Shown here one piece after another: positions 12,001-23,584 of a DNA stretch of 64,000 nucleotides. The notes under the pieces are model-generated. The model was not told where the DNA came from. It did no database searches and saw only the letters and a program-made list of their open reading frames with translations. The stretch's first letter is position 1. Every line of letters begins with the position of its first letter. Origin of the DNA: Macrostomum lignano (taxonomy: Eukaryota); contig NIVC01001521.1 of assembly GCA_002269645.1 (NCBI GenBank), positions 1 through 64,000 of the forward strand, written 5' to 3'. A program made the translations under genes and the position numbers.

Positions 12001-12090
12001 CCCCTCACGTCTCATCTCATTTATAGGGACAACAGAAGTGCTGTGTGCTTCAGCTGTCCATGGTCTACAAATAGCTGCAAACTGTCTCAG

Positions 12091-12139
12091 CCAATCGGAA
12101 CATTTTCAGCAAAAAAATCCTGAGTTCCGTCCCTATAAA
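12091..12139 (+). promoter_or_regulatory. Candidate CCAAT (12091) and TATAAA (12134) core promoter of family copy D
   Basis: Both motifs lie in the usual order, about 80-125 nt upstream of the ATG at 12216. Motif match only. Confidence 0.4.
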
Positions 12140-12215
12140 TAAATGAATTTTGAAATTGAGTTTCATGAGACGCGAAATCAAACATTCGTATAGAAGCTTT
12201 AAAAAGACACTCGAA

Positions 12216-13217
12216 ATGAATACTGTCTTCTTCTTAATAGTTTTGAGTGCCCTGCTACTCGACTGCAATGCTCAAAAGAGCCCCCAAATCACGAAGCTGA
12301 AAATGTCAAAGCGTAAGTGCCTGAACTTGTCGTTGGCGGTGTGGCAGAAGCCTCAGCCCTCGGCCTCAATGATCAACTGTTTCTCGTCCAGTCGCTCTCT
12401 CCGTCTCGGCAGCGTCGGCGTGGTGCAGCGGAACAAGCGAGACGCCTCGTGCGCGTTGTTCCGCTTCGGTGAGGTGTGCCGCCTGCTCAACTTGACCTCC
12501 ACGACATCGACTGCCGGAGTGGCCGCAGAGAGCATCTGCGACACCGTGGTGGACTCGGAGTACGATGCGATCGCTGCGAACGAGCACTTCAGCGCTGTGT
12601 GGGTCGGAGACAGGGGACCGGCGCTGGAGAATCTGGTGTGCGGCTCCGAGGGACAGAAGAACCCCATGAAGTCCAGCGGCGTCTCGTGGACGAACGAAGG
12701 CGCTCGCATGGACGGAGTCTCGTCTCGGCTGTGGGTGGACGACCCCACAGGTCTGGACTTCACGGCGTCCTACACCTGGGTGCTGCACCTGAAGAGAACG
12801 CCAGGTAAAGCAATCTTTCTGGAGCTGAGCAGCTGCATCGGATCCAGCAGCATGCTCGACCACCTCGCTGAGTACTCAGTGATGACCGGAGTGAGTCGCG
12901 CCATCTTCCTGAACCCGGGCTACTTCGCCAGATTCCAGACCGGCTCGGTGCTGCCTTCGGACCCGAACGAGTTCTTCATCGCTGGCGTCTCATTCAGGAG
13001 GCAGCAGAACCTGACTCGCTTCTTCTATGGAGCAAAGTTTCTACCGACTTCCGGCGTCTTCGCTCGGACGAACAGCTTCAACCAAGCCGGAGCCTGCGTC
13101 CACGTGGGCTGGCGGTACAACGGCAACTACATGCTGCAAGGTTTGGTCAGAGCCGTGGCCGTTTCTAATACGAATCTGCCGGAAGAAACCATCAATAAAA
13201 TTTTCTTTGGAGTGTGA
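12216..13217 (+). CDS. Secreted LamG/pentraxin-fold protein, copy D (333 aa, intact, intronless)
   Basis: Hydrophobic signal MNTVFFLIVLSALLLDCNA. Cys-containing N-terminal module, tentatively PAN/apple-like. LamG-like hallmarks ARMDGVSSRLWV..PTGLDFTASYTWVLHLK and VGWR...LQGLVRAVAVSN..L.EE.I. The ORF track start at 12150 is upstream of the likely ATG. Confidence 0.88.
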   Translation: MNTVFFLIVLSALLLDCNAQKSPQITKLKMSKRKCLNLSLAVWQKPQPSASMINCFSSSRSLRLGSVGVVQRNKRDASCALFRFGEVCRLLNLTSTTSTAGVAAESICDTVVDSEYDAIAANEHFSAVWVGDRGPALENLVCGSEGQKNPMKSSGVSWTNEGARMDGVSSRLWVDDPTGLDFTASYTWVLHLKRTPGKAIFLELSSCIGSSSMLDHLAEYSVMTGVSRAIFLNPGYFARFQTGSVLPSDPNEFFIAGVSFRRQQNLTRFFYGAKFLPTSGVFARTNSFNQAGACVHVGWRYNGNYMLQGLVRAVAVSNTNLPEETINKIFFGV

Positions 13218-13464
13218 AACTCAGTACGAGCGGACAGCTTCATAATCAAGCCCAGAAATAGTTGTCAACAACAATTCTTGAAAAAGAACTACGATTTAAG
13301 CAACCAACTGACTATACAAAAATTATGATTCGTCGTAATTGACGTTTTGTAGTGATGCTTCATTAATGATCTCTTTAAAAGATTGAGCATTAAGCAAGAG
13401 CTACTGCTCTGGTGAGCAAACAGCAGCAATGCGTGCACCTCTGGCGCTATTAATTAATTGGAAC

Positions 13465-14771
13465 TAGGGGTGTTCGGGGTTCGGGGTCGGGTCGGGTTTC
13501 GGGTCGGGTTTTGGTACCGGGTTCGGGTTCGGGGTAGGTGTTCCGGGTCGGGTTCGGGGTTTGGGGTAGGGGTACCGGGTTCGGGGTGATCGGGTCGGGT
13601 TTGGCCACCGGGTTTTCGGGGTTTTGAACAATTATCATTCTCAAGAGTATTTTCAAGCACTTTTTACTCCTTATGCAAAATCCACAATGCGAAAGATATG
13701 CATTGAGTTTCAGGTACAACTTAAATTATATTTTACATACAATTTGAAACGGAAATAGCAGATAGAACCATGGATCCATTTACACTTTCTGGTAAATAAC
13801 GATTGTCGTTTTTTCGACCCATTCAGTCTTGCAGTTGATGATTTAAAAAATTACGTTCAGTAATAATTTTACATGTGCTACGTGTAACATGGTCTGAACT
13901 TCTGGATTGGATGAGGAAGCTTAAAATTTATAAATACACTAATATTCTCCACGCATCAGTCGCCAATAATCAATTATCACAATGATTACCTACTCATATC
14001 AGCATACAATTTTATGTAAAGACGTCACTTTAGTTTTTACATAGCAATTCTGTTATACCACTACTGACTTACTGTTAACTGTAGTCAAAAGTAAAAATAA
14101 ATATATATTTGTGATTAACTCTCCTGTTTCATTGTATCATTGTTTTATCTGTGCTATCTCTTTATCGCTCTAGTTCTATCTCTACTGATATCTAAACTAC
14201 AGGGTATAATCTAATTTTATTGTACTCTATTTTTGCAGCCTAAATAAACTCATAGATGTAATATGAAAGCTATGTACTATGAAAGCAATTTCGTTGTAAG
14301 TATAGGTACGAAATGGTCCTGATTTTAGTTGTGAACTTTCATGTATCTTACTATTAGATCTTGGGTCTTGGTATTCCTTCCATCTCAATCCCAATCCCAT
14401 TGCAAGAAGTGTTTCATATTTCTTTTCCTAGTTGTAGAGTACGAGCGTAGCTAAGGGAAATAAAACCACAAGGCTAAGTGGTTGAAGCTGTCAAGGCACA
14501 TCTCAATATATAAAACTGAATAAAACTGAATTTAAAACTGAAATTCAAAACTGAAAACTGAAAAATTGAAAACTGAAAACTGAATTTATTAAAATGATTG
14601 ACCAAAATAAGCGTGAAAATTTTCGGGGTTACGTTCGGGGTCGGGTCGGGTTTTGGTACCGGGTTCGGGGTTCGGGGTTGGAAGAAATGTTCGGGACGGG
14701 GTTCGGGGTAGGGGTACCAGGTTCGGGGTAAACCCCGAACCCCGAAAAAATGGCCGACCCGAACACCCCTA
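13465..14771. mobile_element. Non-autonomous hAT-like element (1.3 kb)
   Basis: TIRs TAGGGGTGTTCGGG / CCCGAACACCCCTA; 8-bp TSD ATTGGAAC / ATCGGAAC (1 mismatch); GGGTTCGG-type subterminal repeats; AT-rich non-coding interior. Confidence 0.88.
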
Positions 14772-15416
14772 ATCGGAACCTCTAGCCCCCATATTCGTTG
14801 TGATTCGTTTTGATGCACTTAAATTTGTTGAAATAAAATAACACGAGCATAGTTTGTTTTATTGTCGTATCGCTTGTGTTAAAACCGGTTTTCAGTGCTT
14901 GGGTGATGACTATGACAATGTGTGCTCTTGTGTGCTCATATTCATTGTCGATTGACCACGCGTGCAAGATTTTATTCCTGCACGAAGTTTTATTCGTGCA
15001 AGTTAGAGAGGCGGGGGATCCTTTTACGCTCGTAAAACTGGCATTGCGTTGCGGATATTAGAGAACTGATTTGTGAGATAAGAACTGAGGACCGATAGAT
15101 AAAGTAGACAGTAGACAGTATACTATCGTGGAATTTGATGAACTTCTTCAGGCCGTCTCGCTTACTGTACATTTCACAGCCATTAATTATCGATCGTGAG
15201 TCACGTGAGTCCTAGACCCACCTCCCCCCAAGCCCTCGCTGCGTCTGCCATAAAATATTTTCTACCCTTAGCCGCGCCTGTCTGACACCCCCTAAAAAGG
15301 CTGCAGTGTGGCTGCACCGGATGCTGCCGGTCGCGTACAGTCTGGCCGCCACACATAGTCAATTATTTTGACAAGCGCAGCATTTTGATAAAACTTCTTA
15401 ATGTTAGTATGTAGGG

Positions 15417-15797
15417 GCTCCGCCCCCACACCCCCGCAAGGGGGCTTCGCCCCCTTAACCCCTCTCTGGAGACTCTGCCCCCACACCCCCGCAAGGGGGC
15501 TTCGCCCCCTTAACCCCTCTCTGGAGACTCTGCCCCCACACCCCCACAAGGGGGCTTCGCCCCCTTGACCCCTCTCTGGAGACTCTGCCCCCACACCCCC
15601 ACAAGGGGGCTTCGCCCCCTTGACCCCTCTCTGGAGACTCTGCCCCACACCCCCGCAAGGGGGCTTCGCCCCCTTGACCCCTCTCTGGAGACTCTGCCCC
15701 CACACCCCCGCAAGGGGGCTTCGCCCCTTGACCCCTCTCTGGAGACTCTGCCCCCACACCCCCACAAGGGGGCTTCGCCCCCTTGACCCCTCTCTGT
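15417..15797. repeat. 55-bp GC-rich hairpin-forming minisatellite, ~7 copies
   Basis: Unit CCACACCCCCGCAAGGGGGCTTCGCCCCCTTAACCCCTCTCTGGAGACTCTGCCC. Confidence 0.95.
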
Positions 15798-16039
15798 GCA
15801 CTCGCTCAAATTTATGATGCAACTTAATAGTCAATCGACAATGGGATTCCAACACGCCTCCGTCTCTCCATCTCGTGCAGGAATCATTCATTCCTATACT
15901 TTCTGTAATGCACAGGCTTAATCTTAACCTCTGGTGGCTTTCAGTTTTTCCAGTACAAAGTTTTATTCGAGATTTTAAATGATTTCGATTTTATGAAGCT
16001 TTCTCTTTTTTGTGCGGCTTTTTACCTAATATGGATAAT

Positions 16040-16330
16040 AATTTTTTTCGCTGTTAATTAGTTTCGCAACCGAATTTTCTTGTTTCCCTCTATCTTTCTC
16101 GCCTTTTGCTTCTGTTGTTCGCTGAACCTGTCTACTCGACTCCCAGATTTGCAACACTAGCTATCTGAATGCGTCAATACAATCTGAATCCACGTTTTTC
16201 CTCACCTTCCCCGTGTGCCCCACGTAACAATTCTATTTTTAGAAACATGCTAGTGACGTCTGAAGACCAGAGGCCAATCAGAGAGAGAGTCACGGGAGCG
16301 ACCTTGGGCTCCAAAAAAGCTGGGGATTTC
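16040..16330 (+). repeat. Dispersed repeat, partner of 1-340
   Basis: See the 1-340 feature. Confidence 0.7.
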
Positions 16331-16714
16331 GCAAATCAACCGGCTACGCCACTGACCATCCTGAAATAAGGAGGGCACCTGCATCAGCTTCTTCAAGCCT
16401 GCAGCATCAGCAGCCAGCTCTTTCTCTCACTCTCTGTTACGCCTCTTGCGAGTCTAATATCTTGGCTGTACATGTTTGCTTTCTTCACATTGGGCCTGAA
16501 CGCGCTTAGATTTTTGATAGAGATAAGAGTTTGCTCTGATTGTCCTTATTCATTAATTTACTCTATAGAAAATTAATTTAAGAGCACATGCAGAGATCTG
16601 TTTATTTTCCTCAATCAATAACGCCATCAACTGTGTCACTTTTTTACTCGTAATTTATAAACGACTTGCTAAACCTTATTTTTGGCAATGAAGCATGGGT
16701 TAAGAGTTGAGGCT

Positions 16715-16950
16715 GTGAACCAGTGAACATTGTGAACCAGTGACGAACAGTGTGAACCAGTGACCAGTGTGAACCAGTGACCAGTGCGAACTAGTGACCA
16801 TCAGTGTGAACCAGTGACCAGTGCGAACCAGTGACCAGTGTGAAACAGTGACCAGTGTGAACCAGTGATGAACAGTGTGAACCAGTGACCAGTGTGAACC
16901 AGTGACGAACAGTGTGAAGCAGTGACCAGTGTGAATCAGTGTGAACCAGA
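16715..16950. repeat. ~17-bp tandem repeat (TGTGAACCAGTGACCAG)
   Basis: Imperfect direct tandem repetition. Confidence 0.9.
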
Positions 16951-17133
16951 GACCGACGGCGTTTAGTAACTATAGCTTTATTTATTGTTGCCTTTTTGTT
17001 TATTTACTCCTTGCTGGTTTGTACTCGGGTTGAACAAAATCTTGTCGTTTGGCCATGAACGAACCAGCTGCCAATAAAAGTCGCTTTCTAAGAGCAACAC
17101 TCACTTGGAGTCAGGCTTAAAATCCTTAAGTGT

Positions 17134-17187
17134 CTATTAGTCATGGACAACTAGAGTAGCTGCTACTCTAGTTGTCCATGCTAATAG
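17134..17187. repeat. Near-perfect palindrome (19-bp perfect arms with a 1-nt spacer, extending to 26 bp with one bulge)
   Basis: CTATTAG-T-CATGGACAACTAGAGTAGC-T-GCTACTCTAGTTGTCCATG-CTAATAG. Confidence 0.95.
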
Positions 17188-17239
17188 TGCATGCAACGAG
17201 CCTATAGTAAAAGCGCAGTCAAAGCATGGAGCCTGAAAA

Positions 17240-17530
17240 GACAATTAATGCTCGACCGCACGTTGCGCGACTCTTTCGAGATTTCCTGCACGATCGCTCT
17301 GTCACCGTGATTTGGCAGAGCCCTACAGTCCCGATCTGAACCTGCGGAACCAAACTCTATTTGGTTTCTCCGGAGAGAACGCACTCCGGATCATGAACTT
17401 CAACAGCTGTCAAGAGGTTGAAGACGCCTCGTTGCAGGTGTTGCGGAGCATCTGCGAAAGTGCCCTCTCCGAGACCAGGTGGATCTGCTCTTGGACCAAT
17501 GCGAGCGCGTGATTTTCACCATTTGCTTGT
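17240..17530 (+). mobile_element. Mariner transposase relic (C-terminal catalytic region)
   Basis: NARPHVARLFRDFLHDRSVTVIWQSP /frameshift/ YSPDLNL...LF...NFNSCQEVEDASLQVLRSI matches the mariner DNARPH...YSPDL...F.S.EEV pattern. Confidence 0.8.
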
Positions 17531-18130
17531 CTAGACGTACTGACGAAAAGACTTTCATTCCACCTGGAGTATTTATTAACAAAAATGTTCTGCATTGAAT
17601 TTTATGAATAAAAAAATCCATGTCTCGAATAAGGTGCTACAATTATTATTGGAAAATTCGATGAACATTCATGAGGCAGTTCCGCCCATCCGTTGACTCT
17701 TAGCGCACATACAAGTTAAGCCTTGGAAGCTTGGCCCCCCGATCGTGGCTGTGAATCGTACGATGAATTTATTAACTTAGAAAAACAATTAAAGACAGTA
17801 CACCAGTCACTCATTTAGCTACTAGAAATGAGTACAAAAAGTTTAAACAAATAACTCGAACAATGGGGGACACAGCAACTTTCATGTTTCCAATAGGCTG
17901 TAACTGTTTACTTTGTGTGTTTATCTTATGATAAAATTTACAATTAAAGTCTCTGGAATAATAACAAGTAATTAATAATTATACTATGAAGCCTGAATAT
18001 GAATATTTTGTCTTAATAAAAAAGATGACACAGAAAAAAATGCGATTTCGATTAGAAAAATATATGTTGCAATAAATGATCAGCTACTGAAAGTAGACAC
18101 GAAAGAACGGTCATTGCTAATGTCAAAGAA

Positions 18131-18796
18131 TCAGTCTCTCAGAGCAGCTACCGGCGGTTCAACAAAATCTGGCATCGTGTCAACTTCATCATCTCCAGAC
18201 TGACAGGAGGCGCCGGCTGTCGAAGGCGCGGCATGCTCTGTGCACCAGTCTGACAGAATGCAGAACGCCTCCCTAGCGGCAGTCAGAAGATCTCTCTCGG
18301 TAGATCCTGTCTCACTATCAGACACCACACTGTTCAGCCGTCTCAGCAGGGCAGCGTAGAGATTTTTCACCTGGTCCAACTTCTCCGAGTCGCGCAAAAT
18401 TCGAGCCAGCTGCAGCAGGCCTCGAACAGCGTCCAGAGCTTCGCGAGACACCACGCGAATCAGGGAGCGAACCACGGACCAATCTAGATCGGCATTGTCC
18501 GCTAGCAGCTCCTCCAACGGGTGCCTAGCAACGGCTAGTATCCTTAGCAACGCTAATTCGTGACGGTAGCGTCGCTGATTGGGCCCGAGAATTTCTCCGG
18601 TGGCAGCGGCTCGCTTCCTGTGCTCGTCGGCCCGGTCCATCTGGAACTTGGCCAGCTTGCCGATGGCTTCCAGGCACATGTGAGGATTGCGCAACTGCTT
18701 GTCTGCTCGGATGCTGAGCAGCAGACTGATGCAGCTCGTGTAGCCTGACATCCACTTCGACCGGCAGTCGGACAGGCTCTTTGCTGTTGACCAGCC
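18131..18796 (-). CDS. EDRF1: EDRF1-like gene, exon 7 (terminal, 666 nt)
   Basis: Acceptor ccgcag|GGC at 18797 is in frame with ORF 18131-18751; phase 0 matches exon 6. Confidence 0.78.
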   Translation of the reverse strand, partial: GWSTAKSLSDCRSKWMSGYTSCISLLLSIRADKQLRNPHMCLEAIGKLAKFQMDRADEHRKRAAATGEILGPNQRRYRHELALLRILAVARHPLEELLADNADLDWSVVRSLIRVVSREALDAVRGLLQLARILRDSEKLDQVKNLYAALLRRLNSVVSDSETGSTERDLLTAAREAFCILSDWCTEHAAPSTAGASCQSGDDEVDTMPDFVEPPVAALRD

Positions 18797-18838
18797 CTGC
18801 GGGTCAACCGGTTACCAGGGAAACATTCACTATGGAGC

Positions 18839-19680
18839 GATTCTAAGGGGATTAGCGAGATTATAAAGGGATTAGCGCGATTCTAAGGGGATTAGCACGA
18901 TTCTGAGGGGATTAGCGTGATTCTGAGGGGATTAGCGAGATTTTAAAGGGATTAGCGCGATTCTAAGGGGATTAGCTTGATTCTGAGGGGATTAGCCCGA
19001 TTCTAAGGGGATTAGCTTGATTCTGAGGGGATTGGCGTAATTCTGAAGGGATTAGCGAGATTCTGAAGGGATTAGCGCGATTATAAAGGGGATTAGCACG
19101 ATTCTGATAGGATTGGTGCGATTATAAAGGGGATTAGCACGATTCTGATAGGATTGGTGCGATTCTAAGGGGATTAGCGCGATTCTAGGGGGATTAGCAC
19201 GATTCTAAGGGGATTAGCGCGATTCTGAGGGGATTAGCGAGATTTTAAAGGGATTAGCGCGATTCTAAGGGGATTAGCTTGATTCTTAGGGGATTAGCCC
19301 GATTCTAAGAGGATTAGCAAGATTCTGAGGGGATTGGCGTGATTCTGAAGGGATTAGCGAGATTCTGAAGGGATTAGCGCGATTCTGAGGGGATTGGTGT
19401 GATTCTAAGGGGATTAGCGCGATTCTGAGGGGATTGGTGCGATTCTAAGGGGATTAGCGCGATTCTGAAGGGATTAGCACGATTCTAAGGAGATTAGCGT
19501 GATTCTAGGGGTATTAGCGCGATTCTGATGGGATTGGTGCGATTCTAAAGGGATTAGCGCGATTCTGAGGGGATTGGTGCGATTCTAAGGGGATTAGCGT
19601 GATTCTAGGGGGATTAGCGCGATTCTAAGGTGATTGGGGCAATTTAAAAAAGAATTAGGGTGATTCCAAAGGGATTAATT
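18839..19680. repeat. 20-bp minisatellite (GATTCTAAGGGGATTAGCGC), ~40 copies, EDRF1 intron 6
   Basis: Direct tandem repetition. Confidence 0.95.
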
Positions 19681-20392
19681 TTTTTTACTCGTAATAAGAT
19701 TCCTGAATATTATTTTAGGGAAATTAAAGTAATTCTCAGGGACTATAAAGACATCTTAAAGATCTTAGATCTCTGGAAGTTAATGTAAAATTACAGACAC
19801 CCTCAGGGAATCGGCAAGACAATTAATGTAATGATTGTCACCTTAATTGGACCTTTTATTAGTTCGATGGCTTTCCGGACACAATCTAAAAATACTAACA
19901 CTGCCTCAAAGGCACTCACTACAAAGACAAAACAAGACAGATCCAGGCCGCACAAAGGCTAACTAACGTGACTGTTTTGCACGCAATAAAAGAATATAAA
20001 AACCACGCAGAATTATGGGCAAAAAAGCGCTACCTCAGCAAAGGAAACACTGGGCGGGCCTAACACACAAACACACACAATAGTCTCGCCTAGGAAATCA
20101 ATTTTTCTTATGGCGTTTGAAAACAGCCGAACCTCCACCCTCCCCTCTCGGTTCCACTAGAGGGAATTTTCCAATCAATACTGACTAAATATTTAATCAT
20201 GTCAGAGCTCTGCCCCCACCCCTAGCCGCCTCACAGAGGTAAGTGAAATGATTAGGCTACAGAATTCCCTGTTGTAGGAATGATTGCGTGGAGACTTACG
20301 AAAACTGATGGCTAATAAAAAAGGCAATTAAATTTCCACGAAGTGTGCCGTGCGCACTCCGGAACCAAGATAAATAAACTGCTCTATTTGAT

Positions 20393-20970
20393 TAGATAGG
20401 GAGGGATAGGTAAGATTGGAGGGTGGGATGGGGTGGTTGAGGTTGAAGGATGAGATGGAATGAGATGGAGCGAAATCAGAGTGAGATGGGGTGTGATGGA
20501 GTGTGATGGGTTGAGATGGAGTGAAATTGGGTGAGATAGGGATGAGATGGGGGTGAGATGGAGTAAGTGGGGGTGAGATTTGGATGAGATGGGGGTGAGA
20601 TGGAGTGAAATCGGAGTGAGATAGAGGAGTGAGATTAAGTGATATGGGGATGAGATAGGAGTGAGATGGAGTGAGATTAAAGTGAGATCGAAGTGAGATG
20701 GGGGTGATCGAGATAAAGTGAGATAGGGATGAGATGGAGTGAGATAAGAGTGAGATAGGGGTGAGATGGGTGAGATTGGTATGAGATGGGTGAGATGGGT
20801 GAGATTGGTATGAGATGGGGGTGAGATGGAGTGATATTGGAAAGAGATGGGGGTGAGGTGGGGTGAGATGGGATTGAGGTTGAGTGAGATAGGGGTGAGA
20901 TGGAGTTGAGGTGGAGTGAGTTCAGAGTGAGATGGGAGGTAGAGATTCAGATAAGATGGGGTGAGATGGG
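20393..20970. repeat. Purine-rich GAGATGG-type low-complexity tract, EDRF1 intron 6
   Basis: Visible imperfect GAGAT(G/A)G repeats, ending about 10 nt from the exon 6 donor. Confidence 0.9.
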
Positions 20971-20983
20971 AGCACTCTCCTAC

Positions 20984-21130
20984 CTCCAAGTAGGCCCTCA
21001 GCAGCATGTCGGCAACGTTTTTGTGCGCCTGAGCGGCCTGGTAGCGGAAGCTGTCCCGCCTGTCGCCGGGGGTCTCCGTGTCGCACATGGTCAGGGCCTG
21101 GCGGCTCAGCCGGATCACCTCTTTACAGCG
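20984..21130 (-). CDS. EDRF1: EDRF1-like gene, exon 6 (147 nt)
   Basis: ccgcag|CGC...GAG|gtagga. RCKEVIRLSRQALTMCDTETPGDRRDSFRYQAAQAHKNVADML resembles the EDRF1 segment KEV...SLKYCD......Y.AA.IH..LA.M. Confidence 0.8.
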
Positions 21131-21356
21131 CTGCGGGTGGAGTAGAAACGGATTGGAAATCAGCGAGTTTGTACTGGCACTGGTGGGACGCATGATTAAT
21201 CGCGCAGGACATTTAAATTGGCATTTGAATGCAACTTGAGCTCGGGTGATTTATGACGTGGATGTATTGCTGTTTGTTGGCTGTTTGCGCATTTATTGTA
21301 CATGTATAAAAGCACGCTACTTTTACCCGATATCAGTTATCGGAAAAGTTTGAGAA

Positions 21357-21421
21357 TGGACAGACAGACAGACAGAGACAGACAGACACAGACAGACACA
21401 GACAGACAGAGACAGACAGAC

Positions 21422-21454
<33 letters not shown>

Positions 21455-21501
21455 ATGACAGACAGAGACAGACAGACAGACACAGACAGACAGATAGACA
21501 G

Positions 21502-21544
<43 letters not shown>

Positions 21545-21742
21545 GTCAGATGGACAGACACTAAGACAGACGGGCAGACAGAAAGACAGACGGATAGACA
21601 GGCAGATAGACAAACAGACAGACACTAAGACAGACGGACAGACAGGCAGATAGACAGACAGACAGACACTAAGACAGACGGACAGACAGAAAGACAGACA
21701 GACAGACAGGACAGAAAAACAGACAGAACGACAGACAGACAG
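21357..21742. repeat. (AGAC)n microsatellite
   Basis: Direct observation. Confidence 0.97.
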
Positions 21743-22099
21743 TACTCGTACAGAATGAGTTAGTACTGTTAGTGCACCGATCCCAGAAGTAATGACTGCT
21801 TGCTGACCGCAAGAATTGGCAGCATTCAATAGTGAATGTGATCGAGACACTGCTCTCAGCAGTATCAAATTATACAGGGTCTAAGAGATAAACCAAATCG
21901 TTCTATTTAAAGCGTTACAAACCGATTTTTTAGGAGTATCAAATCCAAAGGACCGAGTGCTACACGCGCTTGGGCATATCAAAGAGAGAAATCAATCCCA
22001 ATACAAAAGAGGATCATCGCTACACACAGGCTGTATCGATCGCCTGGTCAGATGATCGAATGTTATTGAGCACGCGTTCTGAGAACGCTGGTCAACTAG

Positions 22100-22195
22100 A
22101 TAGATAGACAGACAGACAGATAGACAGACAGACAGACAGACAGACAGGCAGACAGACAGACAGACAGACAGAGACAGACAGACAGACAGACAGAC

Positions 22196-22233
<38 letters not shown>

Positions 22234-22239
22234 CGACAT

Positions 22240-22271
<32 letters not shown>

Positions 22272-22285
22272 GCAGGCAGGCATGC

Positions 22286-22328
<43 letters not shown>

Positions 22329-22690
22329 GACAGACACAGACAGACAGACAGACCGACAGACCGACAGGCAGGCAGACAGACAGATAGACAGAGACACACA
22401 GACAGACAGGCAGACAGACAGATAGACAGAGACAGACAGACAGACAGGCAGACAGACAGATAGAGAGAGACAGACAGACAGACAGGCAGACAGACAGATA
22501 GAGAGAGACAGACAGACAGACAGGCAGACAGACAGATAGAGAGAGACAGACAGACAGACAGGCAGACAGACAGATAGAGAGAGACAGACAGACAGACAGG
22601 CAGACAGACAGACAGGCAGACAGACAGATAGACAGAGACAGACAGACAGACAGGCAGACAGACAGATAGACAGAGACAGACAGACAGACA
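22100..22690. repeat. (AGAC)n microsatellite with variant units
   Basis: Direct observation. Confidence 0.97.
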
Positions 22691-23584
22691 CTAAGAATGC
22701 TATTTTTCTGCTTTATGAGTAATTTTATAAATTTTTTGTCACCTAAAAGAATTGAATCCGGAAAAATTAATACTTTACTATTCTGTTGACGCCGATCTCC
22801 TACTAACAGAATATACAATATTCATGTATTAAAATTTAATAAAGCGTAATAAATTTGTGCCAATTTTCAAAGCATTCATGGCCTCGGCTGACCTTAGACA
22901 GGAAGCGGGGGAAGGAGGATGGCGAGAAGCGGACGTAGGTTGGGACAGTTTTCAAACTAAGAGGAATTTCCTTGGGTTGAGGAAAGGGTCACAGAAGCTT
23001 CGATGGTCAAAGTGAGCGAGTATGCCATTGCCAGCATTCGTTGAACTCCCTCCCATAGCATACAGCCTCAATTTCGAATTCTATCTTCTGATGCTAAAAA
23101 TAGCCTCTTAGAAGAAATTTCAGAGCAAGAATGAAGGAAGACGGAGCAGAGAGAGAGAGAGAGAGGGGGTTCCTATTTAGGCCTATAATTTATCTTTTTT
23201 GCATCAGAAGTCCACTTGGAACAAGATAGATTTAGTAGAGTGCCGCCTGCAGCTAGCATATTTAGTAGTTACACTATTATTAACCATATAAACCTTTCGC
23301 CTTGGGGACCGGAGGATAAGATGCAGGAAAAATTACAGCCTGTCAGATGAAGCATTGAATCGTAAACCGTTTGGTTAATAGCGCACAGCTAACTAGATAA
23401 TATGATCGCCAGTGCATTAATCCATAAATTCTGATCAAACGATTCCTATGGCCTATCTGCTTAGCCCAGTAGATCACGGAGTCGTAGTAATTCGATATAT
23501 GACTATGGAGCTGGGGACTTAGGAAAGAGATTAGTGTGAGCCTGGGATATTGCTCAGTGGCAAATTGAAAGAGAAATCGGTACG

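Noticed and set aside
10864-12142. Long Cys/His-rich ORFs (328-419 aa)
   Set aside because: They are translations of the 30-bp minisatellite on both strands, with no unique coding flanks.
998-13217. Diversity-generating retroelement (an RT next to repeated, variable lectin-like genes)
   Set aside because: The RT is a non-LTR type followed by RNase H and is decayed. Variation between copies includes indels and all base types rather than adenine-specific changes, and there is no TR/VR pair.
20384-20983. His/Pro/Leu-rich C-terminal part of ORF 20384-21193
   Set aside because: It lies past a good GT donor at 20983 and is simply the complement of the purine-rich intronic tract.
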